DNA of 64,000 bases from Paraspadella gotoi (GCA_051294375.1 JBJCIZ010001662.1:1-64000), one strand, 5' to 3'; positions 12,401 to 25,356 are shown, counted from the stretch's first letter. Numbers and translations are program-made. The notes: generated by a model not told the origin, from the letters alone.

Positions 12401-14442
12401 TTTAACAACAATAATAATAATATCAGACAATTATTCTTCAAGTTCATTTCTTATTTCTTACGTAGTAGGCATTCTCAGGGGAGTGTAAAAAAATATCTTA
12501 ATATCTTCCGTTAACGGGCGATCCCTGGCGTTCTTTTTAACAGTACTGAGCTTTTCTAAAATGGTTGGCAACGAACTAACAAAGATCAGTATTTACATAA
12601 CGACGCCAAGTATTGCACGCGTACGATCTCTCTTTACATATATTAAAACGTTTTAGTCATTTTTTGTTATCCAAACATTAAAACATCATATAATGCCTCT
12701 CCCTCAACTGCAGCAACTCATTCCCTCTCTCGACAGGCGTACCAGGCCAGAGAGACATTAGGGTAGCCTTTAGACTCTTCCCGTAAGGAAGCCTCCCTAG
12801 TCCAACACACACAGGCTCGACCAACATGTCCTCTCAACCATTGACGCATCAATGACTCGACCACATTGTCAGGGCCTTTGATTTGCTCCAACCAAAGGGG
12901 GCCAGCTCATTTTGAGCTCCTTTCTTAATTCTTAATTCTTGAATTTTTCATTTTTCATATTAACTCACATCTCTCAAATTTCATTTTTTTCACTTTTCAT
13001 TTTCACATTCACTTATTTATTTAGTAGTTAATTGTTAAGAAAAAGGGTCATTCAATTCAACTTCAAAATAGTCTAAAATGGAGTACAAATTCACAAAGCT
13101 GAGCTCCTGGCGATTCCGAAAATGTATTCATTTTAAGCATTTGATGCTTTCTACCCCATTTTAATATGCGATTTTAAATTATAATATAAAATAAAAGAAA
13201 CCTATCTGAAGAGTTGCAGGTCAAACGAAAAGGCCAATCCATCTGATATTTTTTATATGAATTCTTTATTACTGAATTTAAAAAATGTAATAGAGAGAAA
13301 TTTTTAAATTTCAACTTGTATCCTTGAAAATGAAACGTTTTTAAACTTTAACCCTGAATTCTTTTTAACTGGAACGCATTTATCAAAATGTCTCTCTATT
13401 ACATTTTTACAAATGTTTTTAAGATTGCTAATCAAATTTTTAATTCAATATTATTACAGTCGTTTAGGCTGCAACTCTTCAAATTCAGTGTAGATTCATT
13501 GTAGCTCGAATTTCTTTACCATCTACTTAACTGAAGATTTGTTCATGACTGGAAAACCAACAGAGTAACGAGATTAATTGTTTAATTCTCCCCTTCTAAA
13601 CTATCCCATACCGTGTTTTAACTTCTTACCTAGAATTTTTTAACAACCAGATTGAAAAACAAATCTTTAAAAAATGTGCTTACCCATTTAACTTAACAAT
13701 TTTGTTATTTACCCATTTAAAAAAAATTATTGAAAACAGAATGAACACAAATAAATAAAAACTTATTTGTTTGTGATTACTGATGACTATAATGTATTTC
13801 TCGATATATTAGCCTTAAGAGGAAAGGTCATTCAGCATAACAATACGTAATCATTGATGTATTAGAGCTAATACATCGAGAAATACATCGTAATCACCAG
13901 TAATCACCAAAAAAATTTTTTTATTTATATGTCAACATTGTGTTTTAATTTTTTTTTTAAATCGGTAAATAAGAAAATTGTTAAGTTAAATGGGTAAGCA
14001 CATTTTTAAAGATTTGTTTTTCAATCTGTTTGTTAAAAATTCTAGGTAAGAAGTTAAAACACGGTATGGGTTAGTTTAGAAGGGGAGAATAAAACAATTA
14101 ATCTCGTTACTCTGTTGGTTTTCCAGTCATGAACAAAATCTTCAGTTAAATAGATGGTAAAGAAATTCGAGCTACAATGAATCTACACTGAATTTGAAGA
14201 GTTGCAGCTAGACGACTGCAATAATATTGAATTAAAAATTTGATTAGCAATCTTAAAAACATTTGTAAAAATGTAATAGAGAGACATTTTGATAAACGCG
14301 TTCCAGTTAGAAAGAATTCAGGGTTAAAGTTTAAAAACGTTTCATTTTCAAGGATACAAGTTGAAATTTAAAAATGTCTCTCTATTACATTTTTTCTAAT
14401 TCAGTAATAAAAAATTCATAAAAAATATCAGATGGATTGGCC
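8102..14442. repeat. ~3.15-kb tandem duplication across an N gap
   Basis: 8102-11271 is repeated as 11297-14442 on either side of the gap at 11272-11296. The first copy carries many 1-bp indels. Confidence 0.9.
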
Positions 14443-14679
14443 TTTTCGTTTGACCTGCAACTCTTCAGATAGGTTTCTTTTATTTTATTTTATAATTAAA
14501 ACCGATATAAAATGGGGTAGAATGCATCAAATGTTTAAAGTGAATACATTTTCGGAATCGCCAGGAGCTCAGCTTTCTGAATTTGTACTCCATTTTGGCC
14601 TATTTTGAAGTTGAATTGAATGACCCTTTTTCTTAACACATCAATGATTACGTATTGTTATGCTGAATGACCATTCCTC
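13039..14679. mobile_element. Kolobok-like non-autonomous DNA element with a second copy nested in opposite orientation
   Basis: Outer copy: TTAA|GAAAAAGGGTCATTCA (13039) to TGAATGACCATTCCTC|TTAA (14679). Inner copy: TTAA|GAGGAAAGGTCATTCA (13819) to TGAATGACCCTTTTTC|TTAA (14632). TTAA TSD with purine-purine termini fits Kolobok rather than piggyBac. Confidence 0.75.
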
Positions 14680-15448
14680 TTAAAAATATTTAATTTCACT
14701 GTTAGTCTAAATAATTTATCTTTGTTGTACATTGCACAATTTATTATTTTCTAATGTTTTCTCTCTATCTCTCTTTCTCTCAATTTTTTACCATTTAATT
14801 TCTTTTCACAATTTAGTTCAATCTGTCTTAACCTTAACCTGTCCTCTCATCTAACCACTGTTTTTTTTTAAACTCTCTCTCTCTCCTTTTCTTTTGCACA
14901 AATATCTTTCAAAATTCAAAAACAATTTTTGGCGCTGATGAAGGCTTGTACTAGATTTCTCCATAAATTTTTAAATTTGTCAGAACGTTTTTCTCTTTTT
15001 TTTCCCATATTTTTTGACACGCTAAACGTTTCTCTGATTACGCAAAATTTCATGAAAAAAATAAAAAACTAAAAGTACCAATAGTTAGTGTTATGTCTCG
15101 AATATATGGCAAAAAAACCTCAACAAGAAGGTAGACGTCCAGACTGTTTATATCAATCTGAAAATATTTTTGTATTTATCATTTTTCGTATTTAAAAAAA
15201 CATTTTATCCAGCTACTTCATAAATTTTTGCTTGTTTTTTACTTTAACTAAAAAATACAAGCAAATTTATAGAGTAGAGAAAATTTAATGGTAATCAAAA
15301 TGTAATTTAGTCTTTCCTTTTTCAAATTACGAAAGAAGAAAAAAATTTTCACATGCCTTCATTGAAATTTTTAATGCAAAAAACTGTTATATATATATAT
15401 AACTCTGATTTAAATAAAAGCTGTGTAAAGATTTATGGATAAAATTTA

Positions 15449-15653
15449 GTTTAGAGATGAAACGAAAAATTCATTGTAATAGCAATTTTTTTTTTATTAA
15501 TGTACATGTTTCGACTCTTAGTGTTACGAGTCTTCATCAGTAACACTAAGAGTCGAAACATGTACATTAATAAAAATAAAAAATTGCTATTACAACGAAT
15601 TTTTCGTTTCATCTCTAAACTATTTTAAATAGCAAAAAGAAAGTCAAAATACA
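15449..15653. mobile_element. Short Penelope-like insertion with inverted pLTR segment and hammerhead core
   Basis: ~80-bp inverted arms (15447-15527 and 15540-15622). Minus strand 15501-15540 reads CTGATGA-A-GACTC-loop-GAGTC-GAAA-CATGTA. A 14-bp direct repeat ATGGATAAAATTTA flanks the insertion (15435-15448 and 15654-15667). Confidence 0.75.
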
Positions 15654-18024
15654 ATGGATAAAATTTAATAAAACTATTTTATAAAGGTGTCCCATGATTA
15701 GGGCTTTAATTTAATACCTCACCCACATTCCTACCTCTTTTTTTTCCAAAGTTATTCAAGAAAATAACTTTTTTAACTGTTACAGAACTAAGGATTTGAA
15801 CTACGCAGTACAAATCTTTGTTAAATAAAAGTTTCGACAAAGCGGGAGTATCTCAATTTTGGTACAATACCTAAATTTTAAAATAAAACCTAAAGAAAAA
15901 TTTTTGGTCCTCTAGAGACATATCACTTTCAGGTATACCCATCGTCTTACACATTTATGGATTATGCTGGAAGAAATCAGCAAAACGTTGTCTTTTTTTA
16001 AAATAGTTTGTACTAGCTCGTCAGAAATCTAAGAAGAAACTCGAAAATTTTATTCTGACAAATTTTGCCTTTCAAGGCTGACGTTTATGACTATATCTCG
16101 GAAACCATTGTAGGAATTTAAAAACGGTTTTTTGCAAGTGAATATTGATATCATCCTCCAGGGACCCCGATAAAAATATATAAAAAAATATAAAAAAATA
16201 CTAATATTGGCTCTCTATTTTTTTCTGCCTATGAACATGTAATTAATAAATTTTAAATCCTTTTAAAAATTTTTTTTAGCTTAACAGTAAATTCAGTTAT
16301 TTATGTAGTAATATCCTTATAAAATCGTCAAATTTCAAAGTATTTTTATTTTTAAGAACAGATTTGGATTCGCCATAAAAAACTAAGAAACTTATATAAA
16401 ATATGTTATATGATATTTTAATGTTTAGATAATAAAAAATGATAAAAACGTTTTAATATATATAAGTTTCTACTACAGAAAATAAAAAAGCTTGAATTTT
16501 TATTTTTTTTCAAATTTTAAATGCTGAAGATGACAGAATTTTTGATAACATGTTTTATATTTTTGATTCAACTTTTTATTTAGAATCTGAATCTTTATTA
16601 AAAGTTTTTAAAAAATTATTTTTAAAATTTACTATTTTATTAGGATATTACTACAAATATATTATATTTTACTATTCTGTTTCCAAGATAATATGAACAA
16701 AATATTTTTTGTACTAGTTAATCATACTGTCTCACATCTAAATATCCTTGTTCGATCATTCAAATAATTTTTTTGTTTTTGAGTGCTCCACTCTATTGTA
16801 CAGTGTACACTAAGGCGTAGTAACATTTCTAAATTTCAGTTTAATTAAAATTCTAAAAGTGAGTAACGAACAACATTATATTAATGAACATTTATGTAAT
16901 AAAAAAATTTATAATAAATTTTATAATTTACGCAGTAGGCCATATTTATACTAGTACTAAATCAATAAATGTTAAAATTTCAAAACAGTTTTTTCTAAGA
17001 TTTTTTTTGCAGATTTGGATTCGTCATAAAAAGTTGATAAAAAGAAATATAACTCCTTCATTAAGTGGGTCAAAAATTAGAAAAAACTATATTTAAGCTA
17101 AAAATTAATTTTTTATTTATTAAATATAGTTTATAATTTTTAACCCACTTAATGAAATAATTTTTAAAAATGATTTATATTTTCTTTTATCAACTTTTGA
17201 CAAGGAATTCAAATCTGCAATCAAAATTAATAAAAGCTTATTTTGAAATTTTCCGATTTTATAAGGATAGTACTATATATAATTATAGCCTACTGCAAAA
17301 ATTAAAAAATATAAAATTAATTTTTTTTATAAATTAATGTTCACTGATGGTATGTTGTTCATAATTGACTTTTAGAATTTTCGTATGTAACTTTCACTAC
17401 ACCAATGTACACAGAGCCGAAATATTGTACGTTCAAACGTCTTCTACTAATTTAAAACAACGAAATGAAAGGAAATTCACGATGGTTTAAATATTATGTA
17501 AACATTGATATTTGTAATAATATACTGGTTTAGACAGGATTTACCCTGCCGTCCAATTCTCCTTTTTCTTTTCTTTTCTCCTCCTCCTGCCCCTCAGTAT
17601 ATTTTGTTTAGTGATACATTATCTCGTTTCTACTCTTTGCGAAATATACTATTATTTTCCCTCTATTTCCTCACGCCTTCAATACCCCTCAATTTTAAAT
17701 TTGTAATTTTTATAGATTTTTGCCCCAAAACGCTTCATTTTCAATCAAAAATGGGCTAATTTTTCTGTTAAACTAGGTCAAACTTTTTTCCCTGTATTCA
17801 CAAGACATTAAGTAACCAGTATCCGGAGTTTTGAAGAAAAATTTTTTGTCCATTGAAAGTATACTTAAAAATGTATAAGTTTTTGTTTGAGCATGTACTC
17901 TCTAAATTTTTTACTCACCCTATTGAGTGTGGCTACACCTATTATAGGCGTGGCGAAAGTACTGCAATACCAGAATACACATATCTTAAATATTCCTTGA
18001 TAATATTGCAATGTTTTTCATAAG

Positions 18025-18170
18025 GTTGAAGGCGTAATTGCCGACTACGGGCTAACACTCGGTGATCTCATCGGTATCCTTTACGCTTTTTTCAGCAAAC
18101 TAGGAATTGATAAGCTTCGCTTTAAACCAGCGTACAATCCGTACACTGAACCATCAATGGAGATTTTCAG
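18025..18170 (+). CDS. FARSA: Phenylalanyl-tRNA synthetase alpha subunit, penultimate exon (absent from the ORF track)
   Basis: Acceptor TTTTTCATAAG|GTTGAA, donor TTCAG|GTGTTT. Translates [48 protein letters not shown](S). It continues in frame from AEFHQ and joins the next exon in phase 2 (AG+C = Ser). Confidence 0.95.
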
Positions 18171-19219
18171 GTGTTTTTAACCAATCACTGGTTTGTAACT
18201 TTGACGCTATTTAATTGACATATACAGTAGGCTTCATATTAGAAAATGCTCTGATTTGCACTCCCGTTTTTTCAAACCGAGAATTGCTTCCCGTCAAACT
18301 ACAAGGCCGACTTTGGTAAAATTTTGAATCAATTATTTTAAGCCTGGGATCAGTGGCCAAAAGTTATAATTAGGATGAAATAAAGCTTGTATTCGGAAAG
18401 TAGAGGTGTCCAGTTGATTCTGAAAATGTATTCACTTTATCTTCTCTTCGAATCCATTGCTGTTTTTTTGAATTTTATAATATTATATAAAATAAAAGAA
18501 ACCTTGCGGAAGAGTTGCGGCCCAAACGGCTAAGCGGATTTTCTTGAAATTTTATATAAATTTACTTGAGGACAAGGGTCCCAATTCTTTGAGAGGGATT
18601 TTTCAAATTCACTTATCTTCATAAGAAAAAAAAAGATTAATAAAATTTTGGCATTAAATTCTAAATATCTTGAAAACTAGTAACATTTTTCAAAATCCTT
18701 CTCATAGAATTTCTCCCATCTTTCCATACTTATAAAAAAAAATTTTAGTTTGTTTATTTATTTATTTATTTTTTTCTGTAGATTTTACAGAACTGAAAGT
18801 CGAGCAAAGAACTTTAAAATCGCTTTTCCAAAATCTATTTTCATTTCTAGTTTAAATGATGGCTTTACCGATCTTTAAAGTTTTATCCAAATTTTGTTCA
18901 TTTCTTTTTTAAATTTATAAACGGCTGTGGCTGGGGAAAGCAGACAGTAAACATTAAACAAGGAGGAATGCTGCAAAGAGTTTATTTATTTTTTCTGTCT
19001 TTGGTCAAGCTTTAACGCCAGTTTTGAACCTGGGGAACAAACTAAATGTCAAAAGTAGAGCATGAGGCTGGTCCGTCTGTGGAATCTGTGGCAGTCTATG
19101 GCCTCATTGAGGGTTGTTATCTCAGTGGACCCAACTTCAGATGCCAGTGGACGAATGTCTTTGAATTTTACAATTTTTAATCATTCTTTTTTGTAATAAA
19201 ATGGTAATAGACATGCTTA

Positions 19220-21015
19220 TTAGGAGTCTACGTCGTTCTTAGAAATCGAGGAAGACTTTTTCAATGGAGATTTTCATTAAAATCTGACTACCAAATATTG
19301 TCAACGCCCCTGGGAAAAATTCAGGTAAAAAATAGATGTAAAAAAACTCGATTCCGATCCTGTTGCATCTGAAGGGCTCGCATTTTTTTTCTCTTGACAA
19401 ATAACCATCATTTTGATATCAAACCATAAGATTCAAATGGACTGGTCCGCTCGGGAAAATATTTTCAACGCAATTTTTATATATAAAATAAAGGGATTTC
19501 TCTACTTCAATACAATGTCAACGCATTTAACATATGTTGTGATTTTACAATTAACTTCGAATTCAGGAATCCAATAGCCATATGTCTGAAGGGCTCTCAA
19601 AATTTTTCTTTACATTTTATTTGGTTATTTTGATATTATACGATCATGGGAAAGTGAATTAGTCCATTTTGGTGAAATTTTTATTTAAAGTAAAAGTAAG
19701 AGGAGCTAACGATCGGAATTCTAAGAGTTTTCAACCGGGAGTCAGATTTGGGAAAAATCTTCTATGGCGAAAATCTTCCAAAGAAGGGGTCGATTTTCCA
19801 AAGATTTTGGTTAATATTTTCTATATTTATGGTAGGATTTTTTTGAAACTTAATATTAACAATATTGCCATCATTCTACCTTGGCCGGTATAAGAATATA
19901 TTAAAAAAACCTCTGGCTTTGTTCGTCAGAGCTTAGTCCTATGCTTATATAGGCGTTCTGCTCTCTCTCTCTTCATAAACATTTATGTTTTCATCATTAA
20001 TTGATTCTATAACATAATTGGAATGACTTGGTTTTAGTTGCTAATATTACACTGAGGTAGGTGCTGTTAATTGAAAAAAAAATTTGCGTTTAAAAATGAC
20101 TTTACCGTATTGGATGAAATTTTTAAGGTTTACTGATAAAAACAATTGTTCGATTTTTAGTTGCCTCTTGAAGCTGAACCTTAATCAAATTGAGAGTTGT
20201 TTTTTTTTGAAACGTGAAGGGAATACACTTCTTTTGGCATAATAACAGATTGTTCAAAGCTTTATGCAATTCTTGTTTGAATGATCCCAGGCCTTAAGGG
20301 CAATAGAAATGGGACTATCGATAGGGATCGGAACACCGCACTATATGAGCTTAGTAGGGTGGATGACGGAAAATATCACAGGGCCTCGCTATCGAGCCAG
20401 AACGACTACACTATATGAGCTTAGTAGGGTGGATGACGGAAAATATCACAGGGCCTCGCTATCGAGCCAGAACGACTACACTATATGATATTTTAATGTT
20501 TAGATAATATTAAAAACTCTTAGAATTCTGATTGTTAGCTCGTCTTTTACTTTTACTTTAAATAAAAATTCCACCAAAATGGACTAATTCACTTTACCAT
20601 GATCGTATCATATTAAAATAATTAAATAAAATGTAAAGAAAAATTTTGAGAGCCCTTCAGACATATGGCTATCAGATTCCTGAATTTTAAGTTTATTGTA
20701 AAATCACAACATATGTTAAATGCATGGAAGTGGAGAAATCCTTTTATTTTATATATAAAAATTGTGTCAAAAATATTTTCCCAAGCGGACCAGTCCATTT
20801 GAATCTGATGGTTTGATGCCAAAATGATGGTTATTTGTCAAGAGGAAAAAAATGCGAGCTCTTGAGATGCAACAGGATCTAAATCGAGTGTTTTTACATC
20901 TATTTTTTACCTGAATTTTTCCCAGGGGCGTTTACATTGTTTGGTAGTCAGATTTTAACGAAAATCTCCATTGAAAAAGTCTTCCTCGATTTCTAAGAAC
21001 GACGTAGACTCCTAA
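19220..21015. mobile_element. Fold-back type element with ~500-bp inverted arms
   Basis: TTAGGAGTCTACGTCGTTCTTAGAAATCGAGG... (19220 to ~19728) is the reverse complement of ~20512-21015. No clear TSD or ORF. Confidence 0.75.
20339..20489. repeat. 70-bp exact tandem duplication (2 copies plus a partial)
   Basis: CTATATGA recurs at 20341, 20411 and 20481 with identical intervening sequence. Confidence 0.9.
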
Positions 21016-21590
21016 GTAAGAGGAGCTCTCTCCTGATCCACTTTTATCAACACCTGGACCAACTTGACCTGACCTCACACCAAATTTTTATCAAATGTTA
21101 TTGTAGATGTCGCTCCACGCTTGAAAAAAAAATTCAAAAGAACGAAACGGTTTCTGATAATTTTGGTTCCTAGCAATTTTTGCACCAGTAGCTCCGTAGA
21201 TATTACCAAACCATGGATGATTTCTGAAACTGCAGATTTTGGGCTATCCAACGCCGCCGGAACAAAGAAAATCCATAAAGGTCTTGACTATAAAATACTG
21301 TATAAGTCAAATAAATATACAGCAGTCATGCACTGATTCCGATTCTGTTGGGTTTAGCCTAACTTTCAAGCACATAACCAAAAAAAAATTGATGTCATAG
21401 TAAGAAATAATAGTAATTAATCCAAATTTTTTTCTCAAAATTTGTAATCTGTAATTCTGAATGGAATTATGATTCTTATCGAAACCCCTCCCCACATTAG
21501 CCTTTTGTCTCTCCAAAAGGCGAGACACCGCGCTGTGACCAGACGTGTGAAACAGAAACAAAAGTCAAACGAAAAAAATATCTCCCGGCC

Positions 21591-22856
21591 TCAGCGACAG
21601 CAAAGCTGCTGCAAGGCCCAGTCCCGACGCTGCATCACTCTGTCGAAGTGCTGCTGAGCCGGGGGATGCGTTACTAGTCCCGAGAAACGCCAAACGAAGC
21701 GCCCCATGAGACGTCCCTGCAATAGAACCGGAAAAAAGTCTGATCTCCGGACCAGTCTCCGGCCCTGAGAATGACGCCGAGATCGATGCCGCGGGCGAAA
21801 GCTTCCGAGACCGCCATGGCACGCGTAGACCCTGGCGGAGCGTCGACATCCGCCTCCAAAAAAGAGCGCCTTGAGGATCGCCGCAAAACGTTGAGGCGAA
21901 AGCGGAGAAAAGGGCGGCAAAGGGGCGCAGAAAAGAAAAACGTGAGACGGCGCTAAACATTCGCGGACTCGAAGCCACTTCCTCAGAGCCGCAATGGGAC
22001 AACGCGGAGACGCCGGCAGGGCGTCCACCCTGAAGGACGGGCCCATGTGCCCGACGCGATCTGTCTTGGAGAGCTTGGACGGAACGAAGCGTCCGTGATT
22101 CGTTGCGAGCGAGAAATGGGCTAGATCACACTTGAGTGAGACTAATTCCGAAGCGAGCGCCAAAAGAAAGAGCGCCGAAGAACGTGAGTGGGAGCCGGTG
22201 GGAGGGCGACGCTGTCCAAAACGCGTAGAACCGACGCCGTATCCCATGGAGGAAAAATCCGACGAGAAGGGGGACGCTGCTCGAAGGTCCCCTTGAGAAA
22301 ACGTCGAACGAGGGGGCGCTCCCCAATCGAGTACAATCCCTGCGACGGCAAAGTGGCCGAAATCGCTGAGTGGTGAAGGTTCACCGTGCTGTACAACCCC
22401 AACCCAACGAGATGGGCTAGGTACTCCAGAACATCCTTCAGAGACGCATCAAGTCCTCGAATCTCCTTACATCGAAGGAAGGAGCAGAAAGAGGTGTCAG
22501 CGATGATGTCGAAGGCCGAATCGCTGAGGTCGTCAAGGCCGTTCGCCAGCCGAAAATCTGCCAAACGACCAGCTTGAGACGATCGGCTTGCGGCGGTGGG
22601 GATCCTGTGCTGAGGTCGACGACGGCGTCCTCCGGGACCGGAAGGCGTCAAGCCTCCAGATCTTCAGGTTCAACAACGACGGGAACCACTTCTGGGCTGA
22701 CCAGAAAGGGGCGATCAGAAGGAAGATCTCCGATGACTCCTCCAGCTTCCGGATGACGCTCGGAGAAGAGGTGGTGGAGGAAAGAGAAAGGACGGATCGA
22801 AGCTCCAAATCTGGGCGAGGGCGTCCACACCCTCCGTTGGCGCCTCCGCCTTCCAA
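21591..22856 (-). mobile_element. DIRS-type tyrosine-recombinase retrotransposon relic (MT-like tail plus YR), frameshifted
   Basis: GC-rich island. VIRKLEE..IFLLIAPFWSAQKWFPSLLNL (DIRS MT-like region); VLEYLAHL..GL.YSTVNLHHSAIS..PLVRRFLKG..RPP...PPWD (integrase N-terminal domain); CPIAAL; GSTR...A..G...ILRAGDWS..TFFRFY (YR catalytic end). Confidence 0.9.
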
Positions 22857-23247
22857 GAGAAGAAACGGCGCACCTGCGTCAAATCCTTCGTCGCAAAGAG
22901 ATTCCGTTTATTTTAATAGAGAATAAATGAATGGCGAAATAAATGTATTTGTCGAATCATTTGGGCTCCCAAAGTACAATTAATTTGTTTAAAAAATCAT
23001 TGGATTCCATAAAAACTAGTTTGATAGGCCGATCTTTTACTGAGAAACGATTATGATCGAATAACAAGTGACGAGATTTTCGGCCGAAAGAAAGTCACGA
23101 GAAAGTGATAGAACGGTAAAAATCTTTCAATTACTTAATATTTATTTCTCATGGTAAAGCTAAAGGCAGAAAAATCGAAAAACTTTGTTTACAAACGATT
23201 TATTTAAATTATATTTTTAATTGCGAGACTTTATCAGCGTAAAGTAT

Positions 23248-23300
23248 TATGGTGAACCAATGACCGCTGATGAACGGTTGGTGGATTTTGGTCCACCATA
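23248..23300. mobile_element. 53-bp derivative of the TRIM LTR with two inverted left ends
   Basis: GTAT|TATGGTG-AACCAATGACCGCTGATGAACGGTTGGTGGATTTTGGTC-CACCATA|GTAT. Confidence 0.7.
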
Positions 23301-23959
23301 GTATGTAATTTTTAAGAGAGAGAGAATTTGAGAGATGACAGATATTAGAGATGAGGAGTTTGAGGACGGCTGAAGATAATAATAATGTCAGATAGGAATG
23401 GAAGAACAATGTCGTACCAAATTTTACATCTCCAAGAGCCTGACGAACATAATGGGGGAATTTTTGATTATAGCAGATCCCGGCTCTATAATTCACTTTG
23501 TCTGTCCGTCGGTCCGCCCCCCCAATCTTGTCAGGCTTTCACTTATATCATGTCAGAACATCGAATTATGATAAATTATTCAAAAGAAATGTCCATCCGT
23601 CTGTCCATCCGTCCATCCATCCATCCCACCTTAGCAAAAAACACCAATTACTCGTGATTGGATGGATGGATTTAGATAAAATTTTGTGTGTGGGTAGGGA
23701 AGTGTTTGATTGAGCTGGATATGAAGTTTCAATGGAATCGTCCAAGTGGAAATGAGTTAAAATGGAAAAAAACAAAAAAATGTATTTCACTATTTGAACG
23801 CCAATTATTCGTGAGTGCATGGGGCAATTGACCTCAAATTTTGTATGTGGGTAGGAAAGTGTGAGATTGAGCAGGAAATAAAGTTTCGATGGAATCGTCC
23901 AAGTGAAAATGAGTTAAAAGGGAAAAAAACAAACAATCTATTTCACTATTTGATTATGC

Positions 23960-24316
23960 TTTTTTATCGTCGCAATCGCTAAGCGTTTGCGACGATATTG
24001 TATCGCTTTTGCCCATAAGTGGCGTCGTCGTCGTCGTCGGCGTTCCAAATTATAGATCGCCTTTTTTATGATTAAATTTGGGTGTATGAAGCTGAAACTT
24101 TATATACAGCTTCTTATCATCGATGTGCTTAAAATTGAGTCTGGACAGTTATTAAATGTTTTGTTTACGTTTTATCAAAACAAACAATTTTTTTCTTTTA
24201 TTTTCATATTTCTTTCTCTCTCTCTTTTAATTACGAGCCTGCAGCTGGCTCTACAGGGGCTTATTCTTTTTCTCTCTTTTCTCCTGCTGCTTCTGCTGCT
24301 GCCTTTTGATTTCTTT

Positions 24317-24357
<41 letters not shown>

Positions 24358-24578
24358 GTTTTTATTAAAAAAAAAATTTGAATTAGGATTGAACTCGTAA
24401 CTTAAATTTTCTTCCGTACTTTATTATTTTTTTTTATTGACAATCGCAAAATATAATTTTTCTTTGTTTATAATTTAATTTTCTTTTCTCAAATTTTATT
24501 TTTTTAGTATCAAAATTTGTTGTCAATCCAGATTTTTCTTATGCTATTGCGACGTTCCTTATGCTTTTAAGATTTTTT
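23960..24578 (+). mobile_element. DINE-1/Helentron-like non-autonomous element, family B
   Basis: T-run, ATCGTCGCAATCGC-TAA-GCGTTTGCGACGAT palindrome, (GTC)n, then 3' subterminal IR ATTGCGACG, CTTA..TAAG hairpin and T-run. Other copies at ~53115-53991 and ~58985-60462. Confidence 0.72.
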
Positions 24579-24634
24579 ATTTTTATATTAAATGTAAATT
24601 CAAGCTGCATTAATTAATTATTAGTAATTAATTA

Positions 24635-25356
24635 CAGAAGGCTTCATATTATAAAATGTAGTACCCCTTTTTTGTGACCAGAACACGTTCCGAGAAAACT
24701 ACTGAATAGAATTTAATGAAATTTTGCATGCGGAGTCCCAGTAGAGATACAAATGGAACTATCAAGGCGAATTTTTACATTCAACCCCTAAGCTGAGATA
24801 AGGGGCCCTGAGGGGGCAGCCCCTGAGGGCCACATATGGTCAAAAAAATTTTTCAACTTTTTTAATTATTTTTGTTTTAAACAGTTGCACAGACGTTTAC
24901 TCTTCCACAAAAATGTATTTATTACCTCAAAAATCTTCATTTACCTTAATTTTTAGCTTCATGAACATCAGCAGTTAGTCAGATTTGGAAAATTTGGGAA
25001 AATTGGAAGTAAAACGATGAACCATGCATTTTCAACCATGCTTAATTGTTGCAAATTTATCAATTTTAGTTTTAAAATGTTTTTTTCTTATGTTTAAAAC
25101 GTACATAATACTAATAAAAAAAATTTGAAAAATAAAAAAAAAATTTTTAGCATTTTTTGGCCCCCCCAGGGGTCCACCCCCAGGGCCCTGTATCTCTTGT
25201 TAGGGGTTGAATATCAAAATTCGCCTCAATAGTTTTATTTATATAGTCATTAGCACTCTAAATGTAAAATTTCATTAAATTCGATTGGGTAGTTTGGTGG
25301 GAACAGATTCTGGTCACAAAAAAGGGGTACTACATTTTATAATATGAAGCCTTCTG
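24635..25356. mobile_element. Tc1/mariner-like MITE
   Basis: TA|CAGAAGGCTTCATATTATAAAATGTAGTACCCCTTTTTTGTGACCAGAA ... exact reverse complement ending CTTCTG|TA, with longer imperfect inner IRs. Confidence 0.88.

Noticed and set aside
8102-14442. Biological tandem duplication of the LTR element's 5' half
   Set aside because: The copies meet exactly at an N gap and one is indel-ridden, typical of an unmerged contig overlap. It needs read evidence.
20339-20489. CRISPR-like repeat-spacer array
   Set aside because: The would-be spacers are identical, so it is a plain tandem duplication in eukaryotic DNA with no cas genes.
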